From IMG/VR virus record IMGVR_UViG_3300028569_000028, positions 1 to 64,000 of that record: DNA of 64,000 bases; one strand, 5' to 3'. Of this stretch, positions 18,014 to 27,704 are shown one piece after another; the first letter of the stretch is position 1; the number at the start of each line of letters is the position of its first letter. The notes beneath the pieces were generated by a model that saw only the letters and a program-made list of their open reading frames with translations, was not told the DNA's origin and did not search any database. The position numbers were made by a program, and so were the translations under genes. This DNA comes from a virus.

Positions 18014-18621
18014 TTTACAAAAAAATGTCAGAGGTTATGCGAGACATTGGATCTATTGGGAAAGATCAAAAAAATCAAGCTCAAGGATTTAAATTTAGAG
18101 GTATTGATCAATTTGTTAATTCTCTTTACCCAGCATTAACAAAACATGGAGTTTTTATGGCTCCTCGTTGTGTTAGTGAACAACATGAACTTAAAGAAGT
18201 TACTAGAGGTTCTGGTAAGGCTGGAGTGGATAAGCACGTTACAATTATGATGGAGTACGACTTCTTTGCTGAAGATGGTTCAAAAGTAACTGTCGGACCT
18301 ATTCCTGCCGAAGGTTTGGATTCTGGGGATAAAGCTACAAATAAAGCTCTTTCAGCAGCTCTTAAGTATGCTCTTATTCAAACATTTGCTATTCCAACAG
18401 AGGATATGGCAGAGGCTGATTTGGAAAGTCCAGAAATTGGAAAACGCTTTTCAGCAAATGTCACGGTTACAACAATTTCAGCTCCCGTAACGAATAATGT
18501 TGCTAAGCTTGAAGAAAAGCCTGTAGAATCAACTCCAGCTGCGAGTCGTGGTTCGTTTCGTAAGAATCCCGCTAAAGACGTTGCGAATTCAGGAGCAACA
18601 ATTCCCTCAGGAGATCTATAA
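18001..18621 (+). CDS. ERF-family single-strand annealing protein
   Basis: IGKDQKN..QGFKFRGID; EGLDSGDKATNKALSAALKYAL..F.IPTED. Confidence 0.85.
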   Translation: MSGLIYKKMSEVMRDIGSIGKDQKNQAQGFKFRGIDQFVNSLYPALTKHGVFMAPRCVSEQHELKEVTRGSGKAGVDKHVTIMMEYDFFAEDGSKVTVGPIPAEGLDSGDKATNKALSAALKYALIQTFAIPTEDMAEADLESPEIGKRFSANVTVTTISAPVTNNVAKLEEKPVESTPAASRGSFRKNPAKDVANSGATIPSGDL

Positions 18622-18977
18622 TGGAAAATGCTGGTAAAGTTATCTCTAAGAAAGAAGTAACAGAAACGCTTGTGAGAAACATTGTTTCAGATCAAGCTGA
18701 GTTTAAAGAAGTAAAGCAAGAACTTCGCCATGGGCAGAAAGATAGGCTTATGGATGCTATGACTAACTATCCCTTGCTTGATGAGGACTTCGATGAGTCT
18801 GAGCCTGAGCTTAGAACTGCCTTTGTAATTTGGAAGCGCATTTCAGATAGCTTGGTTGCTCTTGGAACAGAAGCAGCGATTGAGGGTATTATTAATGGTT
18901 TTGCAAGAAGTCAACAAACAAACGAAGCCAATGGCTTAACAGAAGGAGCAGCAAATGTCGAAACAACAGAAGGGTAA
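18621..18977 (+). CDS. hypothetical protein
   Basis: TAATG-coupled ORF. Confidence 0.6.
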   Translation: MENAGKVISKKEVTETLVRNIVSDQAEFKEVKQELRHGQKDRLMDAMTNYPLLDEDFDESEPELRTAFVIWKRISDSLVALGTEAAIEGIINGFARSQQTNEANGLTEGAANVETTEG

Positions 18978-19296
18978 GTATGCTACAGTTGGAAGTCTAA
19001 TTTTCCAATCTCAATTCGATGAGGAAGGTAATAGACTAGAAGGCGAATACAAGACCGATGATAAAGGTCGTAAGCTATATGCACTTAAACTTGATAAAAA
19101 CACGGAAGTAATTATCAATGGTGTAAATATGTCTGGAAAAGTTCTTTATGTTTCTCGTCCAGAAACAAAGCTTACACGACTTCTCGACAAGGGAGTTATT
19201 GATAAAAAAGAATTTGATAAGAAGGTTGCTGACTTTGGTCCGGGTGGACGACTAGAGTTTGTCCAGATGGAAATTGTTGCTGATCTTGAGAAATAA
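18955..19296 (+). CDS. hypothetical protein, possible phage SSB
   Basis: beta-rich, next to ERF, followed by a terminator; function inferred from context only. Confidence 0.4.
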   Translation: MSKQQKGKYATVGSLIFQSQFDEEGNRLEGEYKTDDKGRKLYALKLDKNTEVIINGVNMSGKVLYVSRPETKLTRLLDKGVIDKKEFDKKVADFGPGGRLEFVQMEIVADLEK

Positions 19297-19298
19297 AA

Positions 19299-19328
19299 AA
19301 AGGGGGCTGAAAAGCCCCTTTCTTCTTT
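19299..19328 (+). terminator. intrinsic terminator
   Basis: GGGGCT-GAAA-AGCCCC followed by TTTCTTCTTT. Confidence 0.75.
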
Positions 19329-19337
19329 GGAGTTTTC

Positions 19338-19562
19338 ATGAAGTTTAAAATTGGACCTTTTCGACAAGCACATAAAACGTTTGTACAAGAGAGATATATA
19401 AAAGATGGTATGGATTCTTTAGCTTTATATTGTGCTGTTAGTTTATGTCCAGTAATTGCAGCTTATACCTATTGTCAAGAAATCGATCCAGATAATTCTG
19501 AGTTGACGAGAAGAATTGAAAGTGTTAAGCTTTTTTATGGAATCGAAGAGGTAGAAGAATGA
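19338..19562 (+). CDS. hypothetical protein
   Basis: GGAG RBS. Confidence 0.6.
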   Translation: MKFKIGPFRQAHKTFVQERYIKDGMDSLALYCAVSLCPVIAAYTYCQEIDPDNSELTRRIESVKLFYGIEEVEE

Positions 19563-19768
19563 AGCCGGGAAGATATATTATTTTAGAAAAAACTGCGTTC
19601 TGGGTTCATTCTGATTTTGACATGTTGGATATTTTAGAAATAACCGAGAAAGAAATAAAGTATGAGTATGTTGGAGATAAGGATAAGATTGTAAGGTGTA
19701 GGTATTATGTAGAATTTATACAACTTAAACTTGCTCCGCATTCACCACTAATGGAAGAATTAATTTAG
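19559..19768 (+). CDS. small beta-rich protein with C-terminal SPLMEELI tail
   Basis: MKPGRYI; shared C-terminal motif. Confidence 0.65.
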   Translation: MKPGRYIILEKTAFWVHSDFDMLDILEITEKEIKYEYVGDKDKIVRCRYYVEFIQLKLAPHSPLMEELI

Positions 19769-19775
19769 GAGAATT

Positions 19776-20807
19776 ATGATTGAAACGAAGGAAAAAATAC
19801 AAATGACTAACTTCAATGATAAAAGAAAGCAACAGATGGGTGTGCGTTCAATGGCAGACCTTCGTCGTTCCGGTAAGGTAACTGGGGGACTTAATACAAA
19901 GCTTTTTGTAAACGGTCCTGTAGAGTTTGACTGCTTAAAAAATCAATGGAGCAGGCAGGAAATGCTTGGAGTTATCGGAGATTCTGGAGTAGGAAAATCA
20001 GAAGTAGTGCTTTGTTTTTTTAAAGAGATTCTTTTGAACAATCCTAATTCTTGTGCGGTATATGTTTCTCTTGAAATGACTGACGAGAAAATTTCCCAGC
20101 GTTGGTACAAGCTAACAGAAGATTGTCCTGAAGTTTCGGAAAGACTATATGTAATTTCTCGCTACGACGAAAATGGTAAAAGTCGAGAAGTTTCTATGGG
20201 CTGGATTAAGAAAGAGCTTGTTAAGTATCGTGAAGTCATTGGAGATGTTGTTTCGTTTGCCATTGACCATATTCACTGCTTAGGAGAGAATGACCCTTCT
20301 ACTCTAAACTCGATTATGATTACGTTAAAAGAAATGGCAGTGGAGATGAATGCTTTTGGAATTGCCATGGCACAAGTTAATAAAGGCGCAGGACAGAAGG
20401 GCGAAGTTCCTCTGGATTCGGATGCAGTACTTGGATGTTCACAATTCAAATATATTTGTAGTGACATTATGCAAATTCACCGTCCTATTTTAAGGCTAGA
20501 GGAAGATGCCAAGATGTCAATAATGGGTTGGGGCTATTGCAAGATTCGAGAGGCTGATAAAGCTGATAAAGTTAAGCGTGGTCAAAACAAGCTTCTGGCT
20601 TATGACATTGACACTCGAAGTTTCAAGAAGATGTCTACTCCAGAGTATTCTACTTTTAAGCTATATTATAATGAGCTTTTAGAAATGAAATCTGCGGAAG
20701 AAAAACACAAGAGCTTTACTTATGACTTGGTGAAAGAAGTTGTGAGTCCAAATGGAAAGGTTGTTATAATTACAGAGAAGTTTAGTGGAGATTCGGGGGA
20801 TTTATAA
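19776..20807 (+). CDS. DnaB-like (SF4) replicative helicase
   Basis: GDSGVGKS, SLEM, IDHIH, AQVNK, KIR motifs. Confidence 0.8.
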   Translation: MIETKEKIQMTNFNDKRKQQMGVRSMADLRRSGKVTGGLNTKLFVNGPVEFDCLKNQWSRQEMLGVIGDSGVGKSEVVLCFFKEILLNNPNSCAVYVSLEMTDEKISQRWYKLTEDCPEVSERLYVISRYDENGKSREVSMGWIKKELVKYREVIGDVVSFAIDHIHCLGENDPSTLNSIMITLKEMAVEMNAFGIAMAQVNKGAGQKGEVPLDSDAVLGCSQFKYICSDIMQIHRPILRLEEDAKMSIMGWGYCKIREADKADKVKRGQNKLLAYDIDTRSFKKMSTPEYSTFKLYYNELLEMKSAEEKHKSFTYDLVKEVVSPNGKVVIITEKFSGDSGDL

Positions 20808-21658
20808 TGAAGCTTAGTATTTTTTCTAAGGTAAACTACCTACCAAAGAATAAAGATGATAAGATTGCCCAGTCTAAACTTGCGTCTAATCCTAACCTTC
20901 CACAAGTAATTGAGATTACTACTGATGAGGATTTGATTAAGGCTGTAACATCTTATGGATGGAGTCCGAGTATTTTCTCAAGCTTTAGACATAATGATAA
21001 TTTTATTTCTACTGACTTTATGAGCTTAGACGTTGATTCTGGGTTAACTATAGAAGAAGCTGAGAAGCGTGTGCAAAGACTTGGAGTGGCTTGCTTATGC
21101 CTTCCAAGTCCGAGCTTTACCCCAGAGTTTCATAAGTTCCGACTAATATTTCCACTGGCTAAGACTATTCTTAACAAAGATGACTTTGATGCTACGTGGG
21201 ATTGGTTACAAGAACAATTACCAGAACTTGACGCACAATGCTCTGACTATGCTCGTTGGTACGCTCCTTCCAAGATGGAAGCTGGCTTTTGGCAAGATGG
21301 AGAATTCCTTATGCCAAAGAAAGCTCCACAAGCTGTAGCAAGTTCCCTAAGCCACGCAGAAGCTCAGGTAATTGTCCCAGAAGAGCTTTCAGAGATTGTT
21401 AAGCTTTTGTATGGCAAAGAACGAGAAACCATTTCTGAGTCTGTGGAGTTCTTTCTAACTAATGCAGGGACAGGATTGCCGGGACTCTGGATCAATGCGC
21501 TAAATAGTTGCACCTTCTCTCTTGCCTTATCTGGGGTTGATGATACAATAATTGAGGAAGTCATTGATAAGATTTCTCCAGAACCTTTGGATAAGCGCGA
21601 CCTATACCAAATTAACAGGGCTATACGAGATGGAAAAAAAGCTAGAGAAAAGATGTAA
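20807..21658 (+). CDS. archaeo-eukaryotic-type primase (PrimPol-like)
   Basis: SLDVD, SPS...HKFRLIFPL, D..C.D; adjacent to helicase. Confidence 0.65.
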   Translation: MKLSIFSKVNYLPKNKDDKIAQSKLASNPNLPQVIEITTDEDLIKAVTSYGWSPSIFSSFRHNDNFISTDFMSLDVDSGLTIEEAEKRVQRLGVACLCLPSPSFTPEFHKFRLIFPLAKTILNKDDFDATWDWLQEQLPELDAQCSDYARWYAPSKMEAGFWQDGEFLMPKKAPQAVASSLSHAEAQVIVPEELSEIVKLLYGKERETISESVEFFLTNAGTGLPGLWINALNSCTFSLALSGVDDTIIEEVIDKISPEPLDKRDLYQINRAIRDGKKAREKM

Positions 21659-21851
21659 GGTGGATGATTTTAAGGTTGGCTCCAAGTACCGTTGTGGTTT
21701 ACATACCTTTTATGTAACTAATATTGACAGCATACACGGATGTGTGTATATTAAGTGGATTAAAGATAATGCTCAAGGTCTTATTTATCTTGGTAGTGAG
21801 TTCTATTCCTATGAAGTTCCACTATCATCCTTAGAAAAGGAGTTACTTTGA
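21630..21851 (+). CDS. small SH3/KOW-like protein with C-terminal SSLEKELL tail
   Basis: FKVGSKY; start uncertain (21630 or GTG 21660). Confidence 0.6.
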   Translation: MEKKLEKRCKVDDFKVGSKYRCGLHTFYVTNIDSIHGCVYIKWIKDNAQGLIYLGSEFYSYEVPLSSLEKELL

Positions 21852-22099
21852 AAGACTCGCTAATTGACTATAATGATATATCATTTGAAAACCTAACTAT
21901 GAAAATGGATCTTGAAGGACTTAGCGATGATATATTACTAGAAGAGTGTAATTTTATATTAAGCGGTCAATATGAAAGTGAACTTATGGATAACGTACTT
22001 GCCAATTACTTTAAAACCGGTAGCATTAGTAAACAAGAGCGTATGGTAGCAGAAGCTCTTTATATACTAGCTAACGGAGAACTTGCATGGGAAATTTAA
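21848..22099 (+). CDS. hypothetical acidic protein
   Basis: TTG start coupled to previous stop, AAGGAG RBS. Confidence 0.6.
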   Translation: MKDSLIDYNDISFENLTMKMDLEGLSDDILLEECNFILSGQYESELMDNVLANYFKTGSISKQERMVAEALYILANGELAWEI

Positions 22100-22317
22100 A
22101 AGTTGGCGATGATATTATAGTTACAAAAGTATTGTGTATTGCTACAGCAATAAAAGCTAAATCAATAATTGGAACTAAACATAAAATTATTCAATTAGAT
22201 TTTGTAGATTTTATAAGCTTCCAATTTCAAACGTATCCGTATCAGATATTAGTAAAAGGTACTACTTTCTGGGTGGAAGGAATTCCTTACAGTTCTTTAA
22301 TGGAGGAGTTATTTTGA
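22087..22317 (+). CDS. small SH3/KOW-like protein with C-terminal SSLMEELF tail
   Basis: LKVGDDI; shared C-terminal motif. Confidence 0.65.
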   Translation: MGNLKVGDDIIVTKVLCIATAIKAKSIIGTKHKIIQLDFVDFISFQFQTYPYQILVKGTTFWVEGIPYSSLMEELF

Positions 22318-23723
22318 AAGATTCTTATCATATTTCTGATAGCATTGCTTATTCCGAATTACGTTCTCTTATATTAGAGGACAAGGAACCTTTTCAACTC
22401 AAGCCTGATAAAATTGAAACAAAAGATTACGAGTTTACATTCGCAGAAACTTATAAGCCTTTTCTAAAAGAATTACAGTATCAAGATGATATCATTTTTG
22501 GTAAAGATAAAACTTTAGAAATTGTGGCTATTGAATTGCAAGATAATAATGCCATTCTATTCAAACTGGATGGTTCTGTAGAGGTACGTCCAGCTAAGTT
22601 TTGGCTTTTATCATCAACAAAGATCGACCTTAATTTTAAAAGACTGGAAGGTAATCTCCATTACAAGTACATTAGGTATTTCTCATCTTATGAGCAATTC
22701 TGCAAATATATGCAAATGTTTATGGGTATGAGAAAAGATGTCTATGGTGTATGGAATGCTCGTGAGCAATTTATGCTTCACGAAGGAATAACGCTTTATA
22801 AGGGACTTCAGCCACAGGATTTAGGTGTACTGGCTTTTGATATTGAGTCTGATGGATTAACAAAGCATTCCGGTAGCCAAGTTTATCTTATTACAAATAG
22901 CTATCGCAAAAAAGACCTGCATATTAAAAAGCACTTCAGACTCGACCATTACAAAGATTGTGGCGAACTTATTGATGCTTGGACTGAATGGCTAAGAGAA
23001 ATTGATCCAGATATTATTAACTTCTGGAACGGATATGGTTATGACTTACCCTATCTTGAGCATGTTGCAGGACTTTATGACACAAGCCTAAAGCTTGGGC
23101 GTGATGGTTCAAATGTCCAATTTAAGAAGAAAGCCTCTCAGAAGCGCGTGGACGGAAATACAAGTTGGGACTACTTTAAAGCTCATATCTATGGTAGACA
23201 AATTATTGATGGTCAATTTGTAGCATTAAACTATGGCGTTGGTAAGGGATATCCAAGTTGGGGGTTAAAGCCTATCGCTGAAGCTGAAGGCTTTGTTACG
23301 CCTGATAGACAATTCTATGATGCTTCTCAAATTCATAAAAACTGGGGAATTCCAGAAGAGCGTGAGAAAATTATCCAGTATGGTATCGATGACTCAGAGG
23401 ATACAATTAATTTATACTTCCGAATGATTACTTCCTATTTTTATACAGCTGTATCAACAGCTATGCCATTTGAAGAAATGCTACAAGGAGCTACTGGTAA
23501 ATGGGTAAATTCAGTTCTTGTGCGGGGATATCTCCAGCGTGGATATTCTATTCCTAAAGCTTCTGAACCGCAAAGAGTAGCTGGTGGTATGAGTTATGGA
23601 ATTCCGGGAATCTATTCCAATGTTCTAAAGTATGATGCTGCCAGTTACTATCCTAGCACTATCCTAAGTTTAATATTCACAATTCAGAAAAAGATCCTGA
23701 CAATATATTTGTTAAGACTGTAA
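22314..23723 (+). CDS. family B DNA polymerase, N-terminal part (3'-5' exonuclease + motif A); frameshifted at ~23665
   Basis: FDIES, NGYGYDLPYL, YGIDD exonuclease motifs; YDAASYYPS motif A. Confidence 0.85.
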   Translation: MKDSYHISDSIAYSELRSLILEDKEPFQLKPDKIETKDYEFTFAETYKPFLKELQYQDDIIFGKDKTLEIVAIELQDNNAILFKLDGSVEVRPAKFWLLSSTKIDLNFKRLEGNLHYKYIRYFSSYEQFCKYMQMFMGMRKDVYGVWNAREQFMLHEGITLYKGLQPQDLGVLAFDIESDGLTKHSGSQVYLITNSYRKKDLHIKKHFRLDHYKDCGELIDAWTEWLREIDPDIINFWNGYGYDLPYLEHVAGLYDTSLKLGRDGSNVQFKKKASQKRVDGNTSWDYFKAHIYGRQIIDGQFVALNYGVGKGYPSWGLKPIAEAEGFVTPDRQFYDASQIHKNWGIPEEREKIIQYGIDDSEDTINLYFRMITSYFYTAVSTAMPFEEMLQGATGKWVNSVLVRGYLQRGYSIPKASEPQRVAGGMSYGIPGIYSNVLKYDAASYYPSTILSLIFTIQKKILTIYLLRL

Positions 23724-24778
23724 AATACTTTACCGAAGCTCGACTAAATAATAAGAAGCTATTTAAAGAAACTGGAGATAAGTATTATGATGATTTACAG
23801 GCTGCTGGTAAAATCTTCATTAACTCAAGTTATGGAGTTTTAGGGACTCCCGGCTTGAACTTTAACTCTTTTGAACACGCAGCAGAAATTACCCGATGTT
23901 GCAGAGCTGGACTTAGCAAGGCTGTAATCTGGGCAACAGGTTATGATATTACTCACTGGTGGAAAGAATATAAGGAAGAACAAGATTATGAAGACTTTTC
24001 TCACATTGATATACAAACTAAAGTTAGCTTTGATAATATGCCTAGAAATAATTACATCCTTGTTAACCTCGATACCGACTCACTCTCTTTCGCTAAAAAT
24101 GACCACAGCAGCTTTTCTGAGGAAGAGAAGCGAAGTATTGAAGAGCAACTTAAAGGAATAATGTATTGCGATTGGGAAGACGATGGTGAATATGACCGAG
24201 TGATTGTTTCCAAGGCTAAGAACTATGTTTTACTTCCCAAGGGTGAAAAGAAGTTTAAAACTAAAGGTTCAAGCTTTGTTGATAGTAAGAAAGAACCGGC
24301 ATTGTTATCTATGCTCCAAGAACTTCTTAAGAGCTTGGTTTTTAATGAAGGAAAGGAGCTGGAGGTTTATAATAGGTATTGCAAAGAAACCTTAGCCATT
24401 TCAAATATTTCTCGTTGGGCTGTAAAAAAGTCTGTGACTAAAAAGCTGTTAACTGGAACTAGGAAAAATGAAACTAAGGTTTTAGAAGCTTTAGACTCGG
24501 ATGCTAGAGAAGGTGATAAAGTTTGGGTTTATAACGCAGTTGATGGAGAGGTTCAAGTTGAAGCAAAAGGTGAACTTCAGTTCTACAAGGATGGTCGTCC
24601 CAAGATGGAAGCAAACCGAGTTCTTAGAAATGTAAAACGCTTTGATGGAAATTATGACAAGGATCATTATTTAAGCAGAGTTTATGCCACTATAAGAATT
24701 TTAGAAAATGTTCTTGATATGTCACAGTTCTTGGATTACTCTAAACCTAAGAATGCTAAACTCAAGGAGAGTTTGTGA
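23657..24778 (+). CDS. family B DNA polymerase, C-terminal part (-1 frame, open from 23657)
   Basis: motif B QAAGKIFINSSYG lies upstream of the ORF-track start 23855; DTDS motif C; KNY. Confidence 0.85.
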   Translation, partial: HYPKFNIHNSEKDPDNIFVKTVKYFTEARLNNKKLFKETGDKYYDDLQAAGKIFINSSYGVLGTPGLNFNSFEHAAEITRCCRAGLSKAVIWATGYDITHWWKEYKEEQDYEDFSHIDIQTKVSFDNMPRNNYILVNLDTDSLSFAKNDHSSFSEEEKRSIEEQLKGIMYCDWEDDGEYDRVIVSKAKNYVLLPKGEKKFKTKGSSFVDSKKEPALLSMLQELLKSLVFNEGKELEVYNRYCKETLAISNISRWAVKKSVTKKLLTGTRKNETKVLEALDSDAREGDKVWVYNAVDGEVQVEAKGELQFYKDGRPKMEANRVLRNVKRFDGNYDKDHYLSRVYATIRILENVLDMSQFLDYSKPKNAKLKESL

Positions 24779-25173
24779 TATTAGTGTCTAAAGAAAAGAT
24801 TAAAAAATGGAATAGTTATAGAAGTAGAGCTTTAAAGAAAAATATACCTTTTACATTAAGTGAAGATTTATTTTTTATAGCACTTCATACTCAATGTTTT
24901 ATTTGCGGAAAAAACGGTCAGAACAATGAGTTAGGTTTAGATAGACTTAACAATAATTCTGGATATATATCAGGAAATATAGCCCCTTGTTGTTGGGAAT
25001 GCAATAGAGTTAAAAGTAACCTAAGTGGTAAGGATTTTCTTAAGTGGTTAAAAAGACTACAACCAAAACATCCCTTAATAACAAAAGGTCATTGTCAACC
25101 TAAAGGCTATTTGAATGGTCAATTTGTTTATATTGATATAAAAATAAATCCTGAATTATTAAAACAAATATAA
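24775..25173 (+). CDS. HNH-like endonuclease
   Basis: CFICG..GLDRLNNNSGYISGNIAPCCWECNRVK. Confidence 0.75.
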   Translation: MILVSKEKIKKWNSYRSRALKKNIPFTLSEDLFFIALHTQCFICGKNGQNNELGLDRLNNNSGYISGNIAPCCWECNRVKSNLSGKDFLKWLKRLQPKHPLITKGHCQPKGYLNGQFVYIDIKINPELLKQI

Positions 25174-25361
25174 CTTGACATATAATTTCGCTTTAGTGTA
25201 AACTGCCCGATAGGAGCTATCGTGGAAATACTACAAACAATCGCTTTACTGTGTCAACTTAGTGGAGCTGGAGTTTATGCAGAAGAAGCACAGCTACGCT
25301 GTCAAAAGTATTATGTTAAATGTTTAGACCCACTTAATGCTGGCTATAAAACCTTAGCCAA

Positions 25362-25700
25362 ATGTATACTGGAGAAAAAATGAACTTAAAAATTGGCGAT
25401 AAAGTAAAAATGACAAAGAAAGGCTTTAAATTCTACGGCAATATAGAAATCACATTCGATATGAATCAAATTGATGGAAAGATGATTTATGAGCATTTTG
25501 AATCAGCTCTTTGTGAATCCAAAGCTATTCATGGTATTGGTACTGTTAAAAGATTCAACGATCTAAACGAACCTTATGTTCTTTGGGAAAATAGTTTAGA
25601 TGGAATAAGGTATTTCTACACTCACTACTTTGAACTAAAAGATGTAAGAAAGCTTAATTTCTTTGACAGACTTAAAGCTAAACTAAAGAGTTTACTATGA
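25362..25700 (+). CDS. KOW/SH3-like hypothetical protein (likely start 25380)
   Basis: LKIGDKVK; GGAG RBS before ATG 25380. Confidence 0.55.
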   Translation: MYTGEKMNLKIGDKVKMTKKGFKFYGNIEITFDMNQIDGKMIYEHFESALCESKAIHGIGTVKRFNDLNEPYVLWENSLDGIRYFYTHYFELKDVRKLNFFDRLKAKLKSLL

Positions 25701-25848
25701 TTATTTTGCTTAAACTAGCACTTAGCTTTTTCATTGGTAAAGTTATTGGGAAGTATTGCCATAAAAATGAACTTAGCCCATTTTTGGGTATTGCGTTAAC
25801 TGTAGCGTGTGTTCTTGCTACTTGTGTAATAATTGATAAGATGATTTT

Positions 25849-26274
25849 ATGAAGCAATATTTAAACTATGTACTTGTTGGAGTTATTGCTTTAGTAGTTG
25901 GTAGATTTGTATTACAACCAAAGCCTAAAACTATTGAAGTTGTTAGGTACGTGGAAAAGAAAGAAGAAACTAAGAAGACAAAGAAAATCACAAAGACTAA
26001 AGAACGCAAGAATCCAGATGGAAGTTCCCAGACTGAAGTAGAAGTTGTCGAAGATTCTACTAGTAACTCTTCATCAACTATTACTTCTGAAAAAACAAAG
26101 GTTATTTCTAAAGGCATATCAGTTGGTATACTCGCTCTAAAAGACTTGGATAAGTTCTCAGAAAAGCTTGAGTATGGCGCAGTTGTGTCTGTCCCAGTAT
26201 TAGGTAGCTTGTCTATAATTGGTTCAGCTGATACCACAAAACGAGTTGGTTTAGGCTTAGCTTTGGAGTTTTAA
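25849..26274 (+). CDS. membrane-anchored protein with C-terminal beta strands (possible spanin-like)
   Basis: N-terminal TM helix, Lys/Thr-rich linker, ends VGLGLALEF. Confidence 0.45.
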   Translation: MKQYLNYVLVGVIALVVGRFVLQPKPKTIEVVRYVEKKEETKKTKKITKTKERKNPDGSSQTEVEVVEDSTSNSSSTITSEKTKVISKGISVGILALKDLDKFSEKLEYGAVVSVPVLGSLSIIGSADTTKRVGLGLALEF

Positions 26275-26471
26275 TGGGTTGGTGGGATGATCCTAATTAT
26301 GATTCCAAGAAGAAGGAAGAGAACGAATCTGCTCTACCTTGGGACAAACAAATGTGTCACCATGATTGGAAAGCTGTTGTGCTAATAAGAACTACAGTAT
26401 ATAATTGTATACGTTGTGATGTTAAAAAAGAAGACTTCGAAGCTTGGGAAAAGAAGCGACGAGGCTTTTAA
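26274..26471 (+). CDS. small zinc-binding protein
   Basis: CHHDW...CIRC. Confidence 0.55.
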   Translation: MGWWDDPNYDSKKKEENESALPWDKQMCHHDWKAVVLIRTTVYNCIRCDVKKEDFEAWEKKRRGF

Positions 26472-26581
26472 AGGAACTATATGTCAGATTCAATTGGAAG
26501 TGTTTGTAATAAAGAAGAGTGTAAGGGTACAGAATATACCTGTGCTTGTCAGAAGTGTGAAAAAAACTCAGAAGAAGGATA

Positions 26582-26842
26582 GTGAAAGGTTCAGAGCTTC
26601 TGGAGTTTATTAAGAACAATAATTTAGAAAATGAAGAAATAACTATTGAGTATTTTTCTTGGGAAAGAAAACAAAAATATTGCGGAAAATGTAATTGCAT
26701 TGTAAACTTGAATAGGTTTCACAAAGGAACTTCTGGGCTTGATCCAGATAAATCATCTTTCTATAGATACATATGTAGAGAGTGTTTAAATAAGTCTGCT
26801 TTTCATAAGAAATATAAAAAGAAAGAGGAACTGGGAATATGA
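26582..26842 (+). CDS. zinc-finger protein
   Basis: CGKC...CREC. Confidence 0.55.
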   Translation: MKGSELLEFIKNNNLENEEITIEYFSWERKQKYCGKCNCIVNLNRFHKGTSGLDPDKSSFYRYICRECLNKSAFHKKYKKKEELGI

Positions 26843-27462
26843 ATAGTTATTTTGATAAGTTCGGAAGACTTCATCACAAGCCTTGCATCAACGGAGAACC
26901 CGCTGGAAACAATGGCTGGATTTACTCCGCCTACTTCCATAAAAGTAAAGGGAGTCTTAACTCTATCCTACTAAATGAATGCTTTAGAGATTGTGTGAAA
27001 AAACATCCAAATGGTCAGCTTTATACAAATAGACATCCAGATGGATATAGCAAGGTTCCTCAGTCTCGTGACGAAATTCTTGGCATGGCTTCTCTTGGAT
27101 TCCTTCACCCAATGCATCTAAACGGCTGGAACTTTAGCCCTTACCCTATCCCACCCTTTAGCTTGAAAACGCTTATAAAGCAAGTTTTGGAGCTTAAGGG
27201 ACAGCACAGAAATTATTTCTGGAAGAATGACTTGTCCCAGATTTACCGCTTTGCTTTTTCTGTTCCTTTACAAGATAGAGCTTTTCTGTTAGAATGCTTT
27301 GGAGAAACGAGAAGAATATCTTATTTCTTTTATAAAGCTATTGCTTTTCTTGATGCCAAATTTGGTAAGCCTAAGAATGGCATTCCTTGGCTTAAGTATG
27401 GTGGAGAAGAGAGAAGACGAGTAATGCAAGCTGAGTTTCCAGAAGGACATCCGTTGAGGTAA
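26839..27462 (+). CDS. hypothetical protein
   Basis: 207 aa ORF coupled by ATGA. Confidence 0.65.
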   Translation: MNSYFDKFGRLHHKPCINGEPAGNNGWIYSAYFHKSKGSLNSILLNECFRDCVKKHPNGQLYTNRHPDGYSKVPQSRDEILGMASLGFLHPMHLNGWNFSPYPIPPFSLKTLIKQVLELKGQHRNYFWKNDLSQIYRFAFSVPLQDRAFLLECFGETRRISYFFYKAIAFLDAKFGKPKNGIPWLKYGGEERRRVMQAEFPEGHPLR

Positions 27463-27464
27463 TT

Positions 27465-27704
27465 ATGATTAAGTTTAAAGCATTTATTTATCGCTTTTCA
27501 AACATCTTCGGACTTTACATTTATCTGGCTCAGAAAGAAGAAGACGCCTATATTAATAGCTTAGGTGAAGATGCAGATTTTTTAAGCTCTGGACTTTGGC
27601 AAGCATGTAATGGATTTACAACTATCCTTACATATAAACAACCCTTCTTTAAATCTCTTGTATCCAAAACAAAACATGCTTTTGATTTCAGGAGCTATAA
27701 ATGA
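27465..27704 (+). CDS. hypothetical protein
   Basis: GAGG RBS. Confidence 0.55.
   Translation: MIKFKAFIYRFSNIFGLYIYLAQKEEDAYINSLGEDADFLSSGLWQACNGFTTILTYKQPFFKSLVSKTKHAFDFRSYK

Noticed and set aside
18598-20807. Shared C-terminal SGDL in ERF and helicase
   Set aside because: Both coincide with a GGAG/GGGG RBS plus TAATG overlap for the next gene, so translational coupling explains it; only two cases.
23723-23855. Intron or intein splitting the polymerase
   Set aside because: The gap itself encodes polymerase motif B in the -1 frame, so there is no inserted sequence.
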